Shown here one piece after another: positions 11,401 through 22,600 of a DNA stretch of 64,000 nucleotides. The stretch is from positions 32,001 through 96,000 of the IMG/VR virus record IMGVR_UViG_3300021197_001931. One strand, given 5' to 3'. Positions within the stretch are counted from its first letter, which is position 1. Every line of letters starts with the position of its first letter. The notes under the pieces are model-generated. The model was not told the DNA's origin. It did no database searches and saw only the letters and a list, made by a program, of their open reading frames with translations. Position numbers and translations under genes: made by a program. This DNA comes from a virus.

Positions 11401-12738
11401 CCAATGTTTGACGAAGATATCTTAGATGGCCTTCGAAACCCTGATTTGTCATTTGAGGAGAAGGGGCACTTTATTCTGCAGTCTTATGTGAGGCCGGTAT
11501 TGGTTGGAGATCCCACAGGGTTATCTGGCCCAGAAAGAGACTTCTATGAGAGAATGCAATCTCGAACTTCAACAGCCTCTCTTTTTGGTCTTCGTGAGAT
11601 GAGGGAATATATCCAAGAAGATGCATCTGCCTCTCTACTGTCGGCATACCCACAGATAAACTCTATATTTTCGTCTTTTAAATATGGACTTAGGCTTGTT
11701 TATGTTTTAGGAGATCAGGAAGTATCTGATTTTGAGTCTTCGGGGGGAGGTTTAGTCAGGCTCCTTGATCAATCGGATCCAATCACAAGGCTGTTCAGAC
11801 ACCCATCCGATGGGTCAGATAATAGATACTCCATTCCAATGGTTTCTTCTGAATTTATTGAAATTGAATTTGAGGGAGAAAGTTTTAACGATTTTGTTAG
11901 CGCTGCCTCAATCACTTCTTTGCAACTGCAGTCTATAGATAGGGCTGAGGAGTTTAATTGGCCTCTATTGGTAGAGTTAATGTTGAACACCTCACAATAT
12001 AAATCAATTTTTGAATATGCCGTCCCAGTTAACACAATGCAATCTTTAAACACAATTTATAATATAGAATCCTTTTTATATTCCATAGGTCGCGATGATG
12101 GGTGGGCTGCCAATACTTTAGTTTTGCCCGAATTACCTCTTGGGCCTCCCGTTGCGATACCTTTAGCAAACTTTAATAATTGGAACAAGAAAGCCTTTCC
12201 ACAAATGAAGCGAAAACTGAAGAGGATGTTCAATTTGCTTTATAGGTCAAATGATTTTACTTATGATCCCTTCGCAAACATTAATAGCCAACAAGATGAA
12301 ATTAGCGAGGAATCCAGAAACGCAAATGCAGATTCTTGGACTGATGGCCTGACACCGGAAACAAGGTCTAGAATTATATTTGAGAATCCACTTTGTTTTA
12401 GCCCCTCAGACAGAGAGGGGGATACTTCGTCTAGCGATAGTGGGGACACCTCCAGCGACGACGGAGGCTCGCCATCTGGCCCAAGAAGGAGAGATACTAC
12501 GGGAGACCACCTTGGCGGGAGGGGAGAGAGAGCCGTAGACGCGCGAACATATGTTTGTGTTACATACTACAATACTAGGTTAGAAGGTACATACTATCAA
12601 ATAATGACACTATCAGAAGCAGAAGCTCTCGCTGCCGAGGATAGGGATACTATAGTTGGTGTAAGTTGGGTCGATGCTCCTGGTGCTACTGGTCCTGCGG
12701 GCCCCTCTCGAACTAATTTGTGTGAGGACATATCATAG
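5476..12738 (+). CDS. giant (2420 aa) acidic, probably virion-associated baseplate/tail protein of unknown function
   Basis: Uninterrupted ORF between the spike and gp25 genes; largely helical centre and low-complexity C-terminus. Confidence 0.6.
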   Translation: MTVEVGSYIKRVRWLQEIIEPLFASTYIRRFFEDLGTGDPLQSNRADGYVNGEVIVYGDGGRDPYDPYFQNEDLEFINPEDGPTFRVYSEWRIRFLSEWSDSELISWLANTMSPRIFQALTYLTNVYGPLDKYDEMLGNNWGTATMAAMRDYSSGVNTNFFDNLGIRHTTLGPAAPDIDVQIINASKVVRTLLIFDDGYGCVSREERQNPELYSYPDKMPVKFSTTYFTSRFKALGYPPHGEPAGVFSYSTRVGIENHPDRRDGACPFPINPAYFTAWTENAFPQEEEVEVTEYSSIGTEHGSYDYTTYRYPGVREIACPILPDPTFLGAGEAGIPPTLQARHPCPETDLTEEFIREPVCTPDSSFLEPEWTAEMRSFLNSRVCEYYVPVQTPYGCPGGDGLAEYAREFSEQAVQSLLDFLNKEATEQQTNILVNFVLEELYYDFDKAPNVDLKLLYRWPFALVKALKLDDRNSPSINESPNAGSDVEFSSSSLLSDLDTLKLILEIIGPQQVDLWSSEKAKIIITGTAREADILQESRNILTLKTAITDFLNSNNYVFPPAVVEQAAGSQFPIPDSGVAADSLKIVYDEQYNFVSIFVRGDGSDYLQLNERLLPEDSALRNQTMVSYLANLNDIILDYNNSQELQLLPFLQKYHQPAVRISYQSGISEPTLLPDNCSGGVLEDVTNSILDSLVDSANEFVGKFASNLCMTSEQVAQKERDYLSSLESLKDIVSEQNLKNVFLQDPLIANIDRLIKSINNSEDVVKAAWANLFDKMTACGLFNLVTKTIETIAKVDFCGLSPEAILTVAIKSSLKNIDTGVLRRIYEGLPENTKNELLDNYSERFRQFIEDSGYNGSTAFPWDLEEQNRQAERDSRENRIIYDGSLFTSPSLEQTQSRYVNSYRAGYRAGLEYDPLSEDEEEIDLSSGQFDEGSFWAGYVAARGDVELGIPGDPNSIVPPRRSDVLTDAERLETNSPNVNSSAFGRLAGGLVADTFKISIEIFVETLGDLLSFDELLEQTGDLPVVGALIKSVPEIAKCAVDIKLISNGQELNVGSIQNNLQNGFKGDICDIIGGLKSLTLPDIEAKLNSSLNTRTLKAAFLNALLPVIRNLLIKILLNTLLKIISKTTGVLKGALCEAAKSNISSAIEGSIAGNVATQVYIPPGNIGNLFAEAFCGPSTTPEQAADQAFSTISSLVEGGTPDSSCSLIDSLSRRLRMDQLLDLLQGDASESVVQVVLSISRNDCPEFSDFLFDEASVRSFFVNLSTSFTDEFLNETRDSLETFGANRGDIVTTCDIDPDISGLEQALREECGDNISEEQIQQQIESFRRRVEQTVDDLTSIMSSGFDSSMEDTIQNTLASVVPKDDPTNVILVKQVVDSMFDPLYSSYSRGLLAPVAPNGNCGYLNAVLSNKKAVPLKGQFTAFRALSSLAFGPMSAMLPGGGGAAEEIISSLRMDFFGPDTGERPTEKPGTIGSQLLDVFNNGEYFSFSSDFSNDYIELTYDGPIELPIFNLNYNFITNEASLTRYSALGIERNQDSTTLGPGSMRLVAPESDETFGEVQEYLNNNSSGISPIELARPFFPSLASSPTPLTIGSSVILHNLSSTGVVDPLSPGLYGTNFSSIAVNVASFIKTLRARVLLSLAKSITYNSNAFAYGEYIFDEVSDTQLIPSVDPALTERGYDVFYLDDGNIVVVPPRKGGWLELKDILLPERQSEYCCPDRRDLLDVQSIKSAALSSFESLSEDPRLNENPRTVREAPYAHILGRTTAACMEGVVVATIRTHIIECMLNGYASFSKYKTNIPSAYSDLLADYVSKKMRGGLRTQRPTPQFPASQGTDLYGYWNEFLEQAVQVYINRANSGRITITAAADAALRSISSFSAQYRYPQRGDLREARTSRPGITLKKLRRDENIKAIQQTEDEAIVILRHLVKEEFNRISQTIDEIFPTPGGGWVSNIGIDFLKNGYYIENRNVFDIPMFDEDILDGLRNPDLSFEEKGHFILQSYVRPVLVGDPTGLSGPERDFYERMQSRTSTASLFGLREMREYIQEDASASLLSAYPQINSIFSSFKYGLRLVYVLGDQEVSDFESSGGGLVRLLDQSDPITRLFRHPSDGSDNRYSIPMVSSEFIEIEFEGESFNDFVSAASITSLQLQSIDRAEEFNWPLLVELMLNTSQYKSIFEYAVPVNTMQSLNTIYNIESFLYSIGRDDGWAANTLVLPELPLGPPVAIPLANFNNWNKKAFPQMKRKLKRMFNLLYRSNDFTYDPFANINSQQDEISEESRNANADSWTDGLTPETRSRIIFENPLCFSPSDREGDTSSSDSGDTSSDDGGSPSGPRRRDTTGDHLGGRGERAVDARTYVCVTYYNTRLEGTYYQIMTLSEAEALAAEDRDTIVGVSWVDAPGATGPAGPSRTNLCEDIS

Positions 12739-12800
12739 ACTAGCGCACATTATGAAAAAGAAACTCCGACAGCCACTAATTAAAGAAAGAGGGATACTTT

Positions 12801-13184
12801 ATGTCGGGAATCGCTGTACAACTACCACTTATAAGAGACCAAGAAGACGGGTTTGGATTATTAAAAAACTATGATGATGTAGTCGCCCAAAACCTTAAAA
12901 TGCTGATATTAACAGTCCCTGGGGAAAGGATAATGGATCCTGATTTTGGTGTTGGCGCTAGAAGATATCTTTTTGAACAGCTCACTGAGGAAACTTTTCA
13001 ACTTTTTAAGAGTAGGTTGTTGCAACAACAACAAAAGTATTTGCCATATTTAGTTATAAAAAATGTTGAATTTGTCTCCTCACTTAGTAATAAAGAGGTT
13101 GATGAAAATACTTTACAAATTAAAATTTCTTACTTTAACAAAGTTTTCAAGAGTTCGGGAATTCTTTCCTTGCCATTAACCTAA
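12801..13184 (+). CDS. baseplate wedge subunit, gp25/GPW family
   Basis: QNLKMLILTVPGERIMDPDFGVG...LFE signature. Confidence 0.92.
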   Translation: MSGIAVQLPLIRDQEDGFGLLKNYDDVVAQNLKMLILTVPGERIMDPDFGVGARRYLFEQLTEETFQLFKSRLLQQQQKYLPYLVIKNVEFVSSLSNKEVDENTLQIKISYFNKVFKSSGILSLPLT

Positions 13185-13191
13185 GAAAACA

Positions 13192-13199
13192 ACTATTTA
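13192..13199 (+). promoter_or_regulatory. putative late promoter ACTATTTA (gp6 operon)
   Basis: Intergenic copy of the recurring motif; variant ACTAATTA at 12775 precedes gp25. Confidence 0.6.
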
Positions 13200-13221
13200 T
13201 ATTAATAACCGAGGGCTTTTG

Positions 13222-15018
13222 ATGACAAAAAATAAGGTGCCGATTAAATACACCAGCCGAGACTTTGAATCGATTAGAAGAGATTTGATCGATTACGCAA
13301 AGAGATATTATTCTGAAACGTTTAGAGACTTTAGTGATGCTTCGTTTGGGTCTCTAATGATAGATAGCGTTGCCTACATAGGCGATATCTTGTCTTTTTA
13401 CTTAGATTACCAGGTTAACGAAACGTTTCTAAACTCTGCCATCGAATACAACAACGTTATCAACATAGGCGAGCAAATGGGGTATAAATTTAAAGGCCCT
13501 GCATCCTCATACGGGGTGTGTGCGTTCTATGTAAAGATCCCCTCAAACACATCAGGAATTGGACCAGATACTTCCTATGTTCCAATATTAAAGAAGGGTG
13601 CCACTGTTTCCTCTACTGGAGGGGCGACCTTCATACTACTTGAGGATGTTGATTTTAATAACCCAACAAATGAAATTGTCAGCCTAGAACAAAATACAAC
13701 GACTAATCAAACAACTTTTTGGGGTATCCAGGCGTTTGGAAGTGTTGTCTCTGGAGAGTTGGGAACAGAAACTATAAATGTGGGCTCTTTTGAAAGATTT
13801 AAGAAGCTAGATTTAAAAGCTCTTGATATAGTTGAAATAATATCTGTAACAGATTCGGAAGGTAATGTTTACTACGAAGTCCCATTCTTGTCGCAAAACG
13901 TAATACACAGAGGTATTCCAAATCGTAATCAGGCAGATAATACTGCGCCCGCATCTATTATCAAGCCTTTTGTTGTTCCTAGGAGATTTGTTATAAAAAG
14001 AACATCTAGGAGGACTTCTCTCCAGTTTGGATATGGCTCTGAAGACGAGACCAACGAAGCATCTGTTGCAGAACCAACAAACGTTGTATTGCAAAAGATA
14101 GGAAAGAACTACATTAATGATACATCTTTTGATCCATCCAAGCTTTTAGATTCAGATAAATTTGGAGTTTCTCCGTCTAATACAACTTTAAGAATTAACT
14201 TTAGAAGAAATACAATCACAAATGCAAATGCATCAGCAGGATCAGTGACAAACATTGTTAGTTCAAGGGTGATCTTTCAAAATCCCACCTCTTTAAACAC
14301 AAACTCTAGATCCTCTGTTGCAAACTCTTTAGCAGTGACCAATTTAAAGCCAATATCTGGCGAATCATCAAACCCTGGATTAGATGAGCTTAGGCAACAA
14401 ATAATGGATAATTTTTCCGCTCAAGATAGAATAGTTACCGAGCAAGATTACAAAGCCTTTATATACACAATGCCAGGAAGGTTCGGGTCAATAACAAGAT
14501 GTGCTATCTATAGAGACACTGATGCGTTTAGAAGAAATTTGAATTTGTATGTCATTTCTTCTGATAAGGATGATTATCTTGTAGAGACAAATTCACAAGT
14601 AAAAGAAAATTTAAAAACTTGGATAGGCCAAAGTAAGATGATCAATGATACTATTGACATTTTGGATGCAAAGGTAGTTAATGTCCAATTAAGGTACACC
14701 CTCCTATCCTATAGCATTAGAGATTCACTAGAGCTTATTGTCAAAGCAAATAGCGCCCTCAAAAAAAGATTTTCTAGAAAATTTGACATAGGGGAAAACT
14801 TCGATTTAGATGAGGTAAGGAAAATTCTCACAAAACTACCAGGAGTTGATGGTGTAAGGAATGTTAGGCTGGTAAATAAGTTTGGTGGTGCGTATTCAAA
14901 CATTTCTTACAACACGGCTGAATATACTGATGCAGAAAACAGATTTGTTGAAGTGCCAAAGAATGTAGTATTGGAAATTAAATACTTAGATACCGATATA
15001 ATAGGAACGTTGAAATAA
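13222..15018 (+). CDS. baseplate wedge protein, T4 gp6/baseplate J-like
   Basis: YTSRDFESIR..L, DFSDASFG, AYIGDILSFYLDYQVNE and AQDRIVTEQDY motifs. Confidence 0.88.
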   Translation: MTKNKVPIKYTSRDFESIRRDLIDYAKRYYSETFRDFSDASFGSLMIDSVAYIGDILSFYLDYQVNETFLNSAIEYNNVINIGEQMGYKFKGPASSYGVCAFYVKIPSNTSGIGPDTSYVPILKKGATVSSTGGATFILLEDVDFNNPTNEIVSLEQNTTTNQTTFWGIQAFGSVVSGELGTETINVGSFERFKKLDLKALDIVEIISVTDSEGNVYYEVPFLSQNVIHRGIPNRNQADNTAPASIIKPFVVPRRFVIKRTSRRTSLQFGYGSEDETNEASVAEPTNVVLQKIGKNYINDTSFDPSKLLDSDKFGVSPSNTTLRINFRRNTITNANASAGSVTNIVSSRVIFQNPTSLNTNSRSSVANSLAVTNLKPISGESSNPGLDELRQQIMDNFSAQDRIVTEQDYKAFIYTMPGRFGSITRCAIYRDTDAFRRNLNLYVISSDKDDYLVETNSQVKENLKTWIGQSKMINDTIDILDAKVVNVQLRYTLLSYSIRDSLELIVKANSALKKRFSRKFDIGENFDLDEVRKILTKLPGVDGVRNVRLVNKFGGAYSNISYNTAEYTDAENRFVEVPKNVVLEIKYLDTDIIGTLK

Positions 15019-16667
15019 TGGCTATCAAAAGATATGTCGCTGCTAGCGACACAACTATTACAAATGCTTTTAAATCCAACTTGAGAACAAGAGGCACTGG
15101 TTCAAACATGGGTCGTGCCGATAGTCTTGAGGTGTTTTCCATTTATGGACAGGAGAGTTCTGGGTCTTCCGAATTATCTAGAGTTTTAGTGCATTTTGAC
15201 ACTGACGCCATATCAACAGATAGAACAAACGGGACAATACCTGTATCTGGCAGTGTTAGCTTTCATTTAAAAATGACAAATGCCGTGACCCCTTTTACCG
15301 TTCCTCGTAATTTTACGCTTGTTGCTGCCGCTGTTTCTGGGGCTAGTACCAGCATTCATGCCTCTATCGATTTTAATTGGCAAGAGGGTCACGGTATAGA
15401 TATGGACGGGTATACCGATATAACTCGTAATGGCGAAGGGTCCAACTGGATAAATATGGGCTCTAGCAGCACTTTAGGAGTTGTAAAGTGGGGAAATCAG
15501 GCCTCACCCACGGTGGGGGGCATTTATATTGATAATGCTAAATCTACATTTAAGCAATCTTTTGATACTGGTGTAGAAAACCTTGAAATTGATATCACTA
15601 CTTTAGTAGAACAGTGGGTAAACAGTGATGGAAACGTCTTAGGGACTATACCGAACTATGGACTTGGATTGCGATTATCAGCCTCGCAAGAAGCATATAT
15701 TGCAACGGCAGATGCAGCAACAAATGTTCCCGCCAATGATGGCGGTTCAAAAAGATCATATTACACAAAAAAATTCTTTGCAAGAAGTTCTGAGTTCTTT
15801 TACAGGCGCCCTATTATAGAGGCAAGATGGGACTCCGCAACGAAAGATGATAGAGGAAACTTTTATTATAGCAGTTCTTTGGCAACCGCTGATGAAAATT
15901 TAAATACTCTTTACTTGTATAACTATTTTAGAGGCCAGCTTAGAAATATACCAGAAATACAGGGAGGTAAAATATATGTCTCTATATTCTCTGGTTCGAT
16001 GTCAGACGAAGGCTCCGGTAGAGAGGCTCTGCATCTAGTTGCTGATGGAACCCATGTGTTGGCTGCCTCGCCTACTGTTGTTACGGGAGGTCATGTTTCT
16101 ACCGGCATATACTCTGCATCTTTTGCAATAACTGGGTCAAAACCTAAAGCACTAGAGACTTTGTATGATGTCTGGTTCAAGGGCGGAGTTGGCGAAATAA
16201 ACAATGCTTTGGATGCAACGGTGCAGTATCAAACTGGCACAATAGAGCCAAAAAGACTAATGCTGCATCCAGAGAATCCGTCCACCGCTTTTGTTTCAAA
16301 AATAACAAACTTAAGGCCATCATATTCAAATCTAGAGACCGCTAGATTTAGAGTTTTCACGAGACAAAAGAATTGGTATCCATCTATTTATACTAAGGCA
16401 GTTGCCACTGTGCCGCCATTTATAATAGAAAGTGGCTCATATTCAGTTACAAGAGTTGTTGACAATTATAGAGCTATTAGTTTTGGAACAGGTAGTGCTT
16501 TACATACTCAGATGTCCTTTGATGTTTCGGGCAGTTATTTTGACTTGGATATGAGTATGTTGGAGCCAGGCTATGCTTACAAGATCAAGCTTGCTTTCTA
16601 CAATGGTTCTATCGGCGGCTGGCAAGAACAAACGCAAGAATTTAAATTCAGAGTTGAAGAAGGTTAG
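15018..16667 (+). CDS. virion structural protein with DNRLRE/CBM96-like N-terminal domain
   Basis: DTTI...N.G....LEV...SRVLVHFD pattern and a beta-rich C-terminus; TAATG coupling to gp6. Confidence 0.55.
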   Translation: MAIKRYVAASDTTITNAFKSNLRTRGTGSNMGRADSLEVFSIYGQESSGSSELSRVLVHFDTDAISTDRTNGTIPVSGSVSFHLKMTNAVTPFTVPRNFTLVAAAVSGASTSIHASIDFNWQEGHGIDMDGYTDITRNGEGSNWINMGSSSTLGVVKWGNQASPTVGGIYIDNAKSTFKQSFDTGVENLEIDITTLVEQWVNSDGNVLGTIPNYGLGLRLSASQEAYIATADAATNVPANDGGSKRSYYTKKFFARSSEFFYRRPIIEARWDSATKDDRGNFYYSSSLATADENLNTLYLYNYFRGQLRNIPEIQGGKIYVSIFSGSMSDEGSGREALHLVADGTHVLAASPTVVTGGHVSTGIYSASFAITGSKPKALETLYDVWFKGGVGEINNALDATVQYQTGTIEPKRLMLHPENPSTAFVSKITNLRPSYSNLETARFRVFTRQKNWYPSIYTKAVATVPPFIIESGSYSVTRVVDNYRAISFGTGSALHTQMSFDVSGSYFDLDMSMLEPGYAYKIKLAFYNGSIGGWQEQTQEFKFRVEEG

Positions 16668-16669
16668 AG

Positions 16670-19600
16670 ATGAGCAGTAGTGATCAATTTAATTCAGGAC
16701 CTAAAACAATCTCAGCAAAAAGCATGGCAGATCTTGGGACTGATGCTGAATCTGCAGAAAATATCATAGCAAAAAAGAATAGGTTAAAAGTCTTTTTACC
16801 TCCAATTGATTATTCCACTGCTTCAAACTTTGCTGTTTATGGATCGGCTGAAAAATATTACACGGACGCAGTAAAAAGAGTTTATTTAGAGTATCCGTAT
16901 GATGGGTCCGAGAAGGAAATAAATGAATATATTTTAAGTTCCTCATTTCTTGATCAATACATTTTTAATAAAAGATATCCGAGAACAAATGGGTTCGCTA
17001 GATTTGCTACAAAAAACTCATGGGGGTCTCTTGTTGACTCATCCGGGGACTACGGAGCACCAGCTACAAGCTCATATGAATATATAACATTTTATGGTGG
17101 ACCAAACACATCTTACAACACCAATGAATCAATCGCCAGCGCGTTCTCTTCATCTCATAATCAAAACAATATTTTTGATTTATCAAAAAAGAGAGGGTCA
17201 AACCTTGCTTTAAATCCGACTAGTGGCTCTACAGTTGAGTTCTGGTTAAATAAGTCTGCGTTTTTGCCGGCATTGACTAAAAAAGAGGTCATCTTAGATA
17301 TATGGAATGGAAATGGTGTTCGCGCCGATTCTAGCTATGGCCGCTTTATGATAGAAATTAGTGCTAGTGGTCACGCTTCTCAAGACGCTACTGGTCGCGG
17401 CGGTCTAAATCCTTTTCGTTTAACATATCTGTCTGGCACAACTGGTATAAGTAATCAAGTAATTGGTTCTACTTCCTTGACCACATCTTCGATAGCAGAT
17501 AACACATGGGCGCATTACGCTATTACTGTTGTTTCATCTTCTGATGAAGGGTTGAACGCCAAATTGTATATAAATGGCGAATTAGATGATTCTAGGGATT
17601 ATGCAGCAATTGGGACCATGAATGAAGTAACTGGCGCATTTAGAGCCAATATCGGTTCTCTTATGTATGAGCCACCAATTGGAACTGATGCACCAAACAT
17701 AGGTTGGGGCAAACTTTCCGCCGATTTAGATGAATTCAGATATTGGAAGATAGAGCGGTCTGCCAAAGACATAGGGAGGAACTGGTTTACACAAGTGCGC
17801 GGAGGCACTAACACAGACGACGCGAACGTTGATCTTGGAGTATATTTTAAATTCAATGAGGGTGTTACTGGAGAAGACTCAGCAGATTCAACCGTTTTAG
17901 ATTATTCCGGTAGGATATCAAATGGTTCGTGGACTGGGTATGATAGCCAATCAAGAAATAGTGGGTCTGCAATTGTCCTATCTAGAGCAGCTTCGTCTGA
18001 ATTCAAGGATCCAATCATATATTCCAGCCATCCGGACGTGGAGTCTATTTTATCTGAATTGAAACTAGAGGGTAGGGTATATGATCAGGAAAACAACTCT
18101 TCAATAATAAACTCTATGCCAGCATGGATCGTTGAGAGTGACACAAATGGTGATTTACAAAATTTGGTGCAAATTGTAGCAAGCTATTTTGATAGGCTGC
18201 AGAACCAAATTAGAGAATTGCCAAGAATAAAAAATATAAGTTATTTAAGCTCTAGCTACGCCTCCCCCGCGTTTGCTTCAGAGTTGGTTAACAGCACGGG
18301 AATGTTTGCGTCTGAGATGTTTATTGATTCTAACATAATAGAAGAAATAATGTCTCGTGATGAAGATAGGAATTTTGATTTAGATTTTGATGAGATAAGA
18401 AATAGAATCTATCAAAACATTTATAATAACCTTATTTACATAAACAAGACAAAAGGGACAGAAAAGGCATTTAGGAATCTTATTCATTGTTATGGGGTAG
18501 ATGAAAGCCTCATAAGAATGAACATGTATGGGGACGAAGTAACATATGAACTAAAAGACAATTTTAGATCATCTGTTGTAGCGAAGAATTTAGTAGATTT
18601 CACCGGGCCAGGAAAAAACCAGGGAACCATTTTCCAAATGAGTGCCTCAAATAATAGTGATAGCGTCTCATTTATAACTGGTTCGGGAGCTACTGGTAAA
18701 GAAGACTTCATTGGCTTTACTTTGGAAAGTGAGATTCTTTTCCCTACGACCCCTGGTATCTGTGAGACAACAGCTAGCATAGGAAACCCAATAGTAACAT
18801 CGTCGTTGTTTGGAATGCATGGGGCAAATGGATATACTCCCGCTGACACTACTTGGCCCGAAAATGATTATGCTGATATTAGAGTTGTAGCCATTAGGCC
18901 TGGTGGGGATTTTAATGAAGATGACGCATATTTTATGGTTACCTCATCATTTGCGGGTCTCCCTACTTTAACAACCGACACTTACAAAGATGTCTACAAC
19001 AATAATAAATGGAATTTTGCTATAAGGATTATAAATGACAAGTATCCTTTAGGCGACGTTGTTACAGGGGTCTCAGGAAGTGATACAGGATATAAGTTGG
19101 AGTTTTATGGGGTCAACCAAACACTTGATGTCACAGAAGACGAATTTTATATAACTGGAGATATTAGCACACAAGATGCCGTAAATGTTTTAAGAAGCGA
19201 CAAGAGGGTTTTTGCTGGCGCCCACAGGACTAATTTTACAGGCTCAATACTCCAGTTTAGTGACGTAAAACTATCCAGTGTTAGGTACTGGGCCAATCAA
19301 ATCTCAAATGATGTTATAAAGGCACATGCTAGAGATACAAGTAATTACGGAACATTTTTCCCACATAGGAATGCGTTTTTAAACCAGTCGACAGCTATTG
19401 GGACATATATACCAGAAATAGAAACGTTAGCCCTTAATTGGAGCTTTGATAACCTGACAGGCTCAAGCCCCACTGGTAGACTAGAGGTGCTTGATAGTTC
19501 TTCTGGTTCACTAGAATTACAAGATAGGTATGGTTGGCTTGGAAAAGTAGTGAAAGCCCAACATACTGCAGTTGGGTTTGGTTTCCCATTTGATGATAAA

Positions 19601-22600
19601 AAAGTCATAAATAGAGAGTTTATCCATACAGCAAAACAATCATTACCAGAAAATGTGCAGTCATCAGAGATGGTTAACATATTGTCTCGTGATGATGAGG
19701 TTTTCACGAGAGACCAGAGGCCAGTAAATTATTATTTCTCTATTGAAAAAAGTATGTATCAGGTAATTTCTGACGAAATATTAAATACGTTTGCAACAAT
19801 AGTTGAATTCAACAACCTAATAGGAGACCCTGTTAACAGATACCGTCAAGATTATAAAATACTTGAAAAAGCTAGGAGTCTTTATTTTGAAGATGTGGAA
19901 AATGTTCCAAGTTTAGATAAATTCATTGATTTTTACAAATGGATTGATTCTTCTTTATCAAATTTCTTGTACCAGCTAATTCCCGCATCTGCTAAGTCGT
20001 CAAACCAAATTAGAACATTGATTGAAAGCCATATATTAGAGAGAAATAAATATTGGACTAAATTTCCAACGCTAGAGAAAAAGGTCCCTGGAGGGCCGTC
20101 TGGGCTAGTAACTGCAGCAGCATCATTGGGGGGAGGAACTAGCGATAGCCCATATCGTTCTCGCGATGGAGCGAATGCTGTACTCGACAGCGCCCCAATA
20201 CCATATGTTGAAACTAAACATGCGTCATATTGGAAAAAGAGAGCATCAAGAACTGAATCGCCGCTAGCGACTGGAATTACAGGCGTTGATAATGATAAGC
20301 AAACAATCTTAAATGCTTTACAGTCTGGGTACGATCGAGATATTAGTAGACCTTTTGTATTAAATAAAAAAGTTGATAAAACTTTTCATGGTGGTACAAA
20401 CTATCCGAAGATAAAAAAGAAAGATATTATTTTTAACGCAACATCCCCAGATGGGCCCCAAGCGACGTCTGGAGTTCCCCTAAATGTAATGCTTGTTAAC
20501 GATACTGAAGTTCAAAATTTTGAAAACATAGACGACATTTTAGATCCAAATAAGAAGAAATTTTATTCCTTCACCTGTAGAATACGCAGGGAAGACGAGA
20601 CTGGCCTACAATATGTAAACAATAACACATATACCTCGGTTCTAAAGGGAGACATAGCAGCCCCATTTAGATTAGTTAGTGGATCAATTACAACAGGATA
20701 TAACAAGTTAATAGCTGAAAACTTTAAAACTGGAACGATACTAACAAATTTGCACGAGGATACGTTTGTAACTAATGAGAGATCTTTACAGGGACCGTTT
20801 ACAGATGCACATGTTGGTGGCCATCAATCTAGGCACATAGACATAAACCGCTTCGATCCGCTGAAAGCTACAATAGACAAAATTGATAATCAGGAAACTC
20901 GACCGGAGGCATGGAGAATCCTAATAGGCACCGAATATGGGACTGATACGACTATGTTGGGTATAACAGGCCCAGACTACCCATATCCTGTGGGCCCGTA
21001 TCCGTATACTTTATTTAAAAAGGCGTCAAGATACAGAAACGTTGGTGCAAAAAGACCAGTAAACATTAGAAACATAAATTATACGACTGCGTCAAATGTA
21101 GTGGGCAATTACTCAAATAATTATGAAATATTTCAAACTGCTGGTAGAAGCATTAACAATAAATATTTTGTGGCCAATGAGGGTATCTCTTTGCCGACCT
21201 CCCCGCTTGATCTAAAAGCTGCACTTCCGCAAACAAACACTTTGTCCACCTTGCTTGGGTTAAAATTTGGATACACATCTTTGGGTAACTACTTTGGAGT
21301 CAAGCTGGCGTCCGATGGGGCTCTAGATGTCAGCAACAGGTATGAAATTTTAGGAAATTTTGATACGATTATGCGAACAGGGTCGGCTACAAAATCTATA
21401 TTTGTAAATAGGTTTTCCGCCCCAGGAGGCCCAGAAGTAAATACCGTAAGCTATTTAGATATCGCAGCGGCAGAAAAGTCAGCTTACAACGCTTTACCAT
21501 TTAGAAATCTATCCGTTCTTACCTCTGGTAGCGGTGAGGCAGCCGCAATACGAGCAGACAATTTAAATAGAAGAATTGGATTAAGAACTCTGCTGAAAGA
21601 GCATGCAGGTTCTTTCGGAACCGGGCTAAATGCAACAATCCCCACCGATGAATATGCATCAGTTCCTTCTTGGCACAAAGTAAATAGAAATCCTGTAAGG
21701 AGGATAGAGATCAATGGGGATAAGAGTCCATCAGACAATTCTTATGTGACCGGCACAATTTATGATAATGGGTTTATATCTCATGCAATACCGAGAGGTG
21801 ATCACCAGTATTCCTGGATATCTGCTTCAGCAGCTCCTTTTGAGAGAATCTATGGGCACGCTTATGGAGATAGCGTTATTTCAAGTTCTGTGGGAGGATT
21901 CCAGCAAGCCATATTGTTTTTGTCGCAAAGCCACAATACTGTTAGTGCTACGTCTGGTAAGCCAATAGTTGTAGATTTTGTTGGCTTAAACACTCTAATT
22001 GTTGAAAATATAGACGTAGAAAACAATATCGCAAGTGGAAGCTCTGGAAAAGGCCGATTGGGTGATTATATAAACATAGACTTTAAAGATGATAACTTGT
22101 CTACTACGTTTGCAGCTGGTGAGGTTTTAAACGCTTTATTGCTGCATAGGAATGGCCCATATGGAGTTAACACATGGACACAAATACGAGGGGGAGATAA
22201 AAAGCTAACCAGATTGTTGAGAAATAGAAACATAATTTCACACTTTAACAAAACAGAGTATGAGTACCCCTTAAAAACAGATAATATAAGGCCAAAGCAG
22301 CTAAGGGGAAAGCTGTTTAACTTTACCGAAGCTCCACTACAGAAAAAGTTTAATTCATTATCACATAATGTTTCTATAAAAACAACTACATCTGATGGTA
22401 GAGAAATAACCAAGAATGCTTCATTTGAAACAAGTTATGGAAACGCATTAAGCTACTTTAATAATGCTGAGTTGGATAATCTACTTGCTGATCAAACTGA
22501 GCAAATTAGTGTTCCCGCCTATGATAAAATAATAAATCTATACACTGGCGATCAAACTAATAACCCAGATAGTCCAATTGAAAAGTTTAACTCACTAACA

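Noticed and set aside
5476-12738. Firm call of tape measure protein
   Set aside because: No tail tube, sheath or chaperone genes are adjacent and no typical TMP repeats are visible; left as unknown.
12674-12874. 66-aa + strand ORF bridging the giant gene and gp25
   Set aside because: Overlaps both real genes out of frame and spans a promoter-containing gap.
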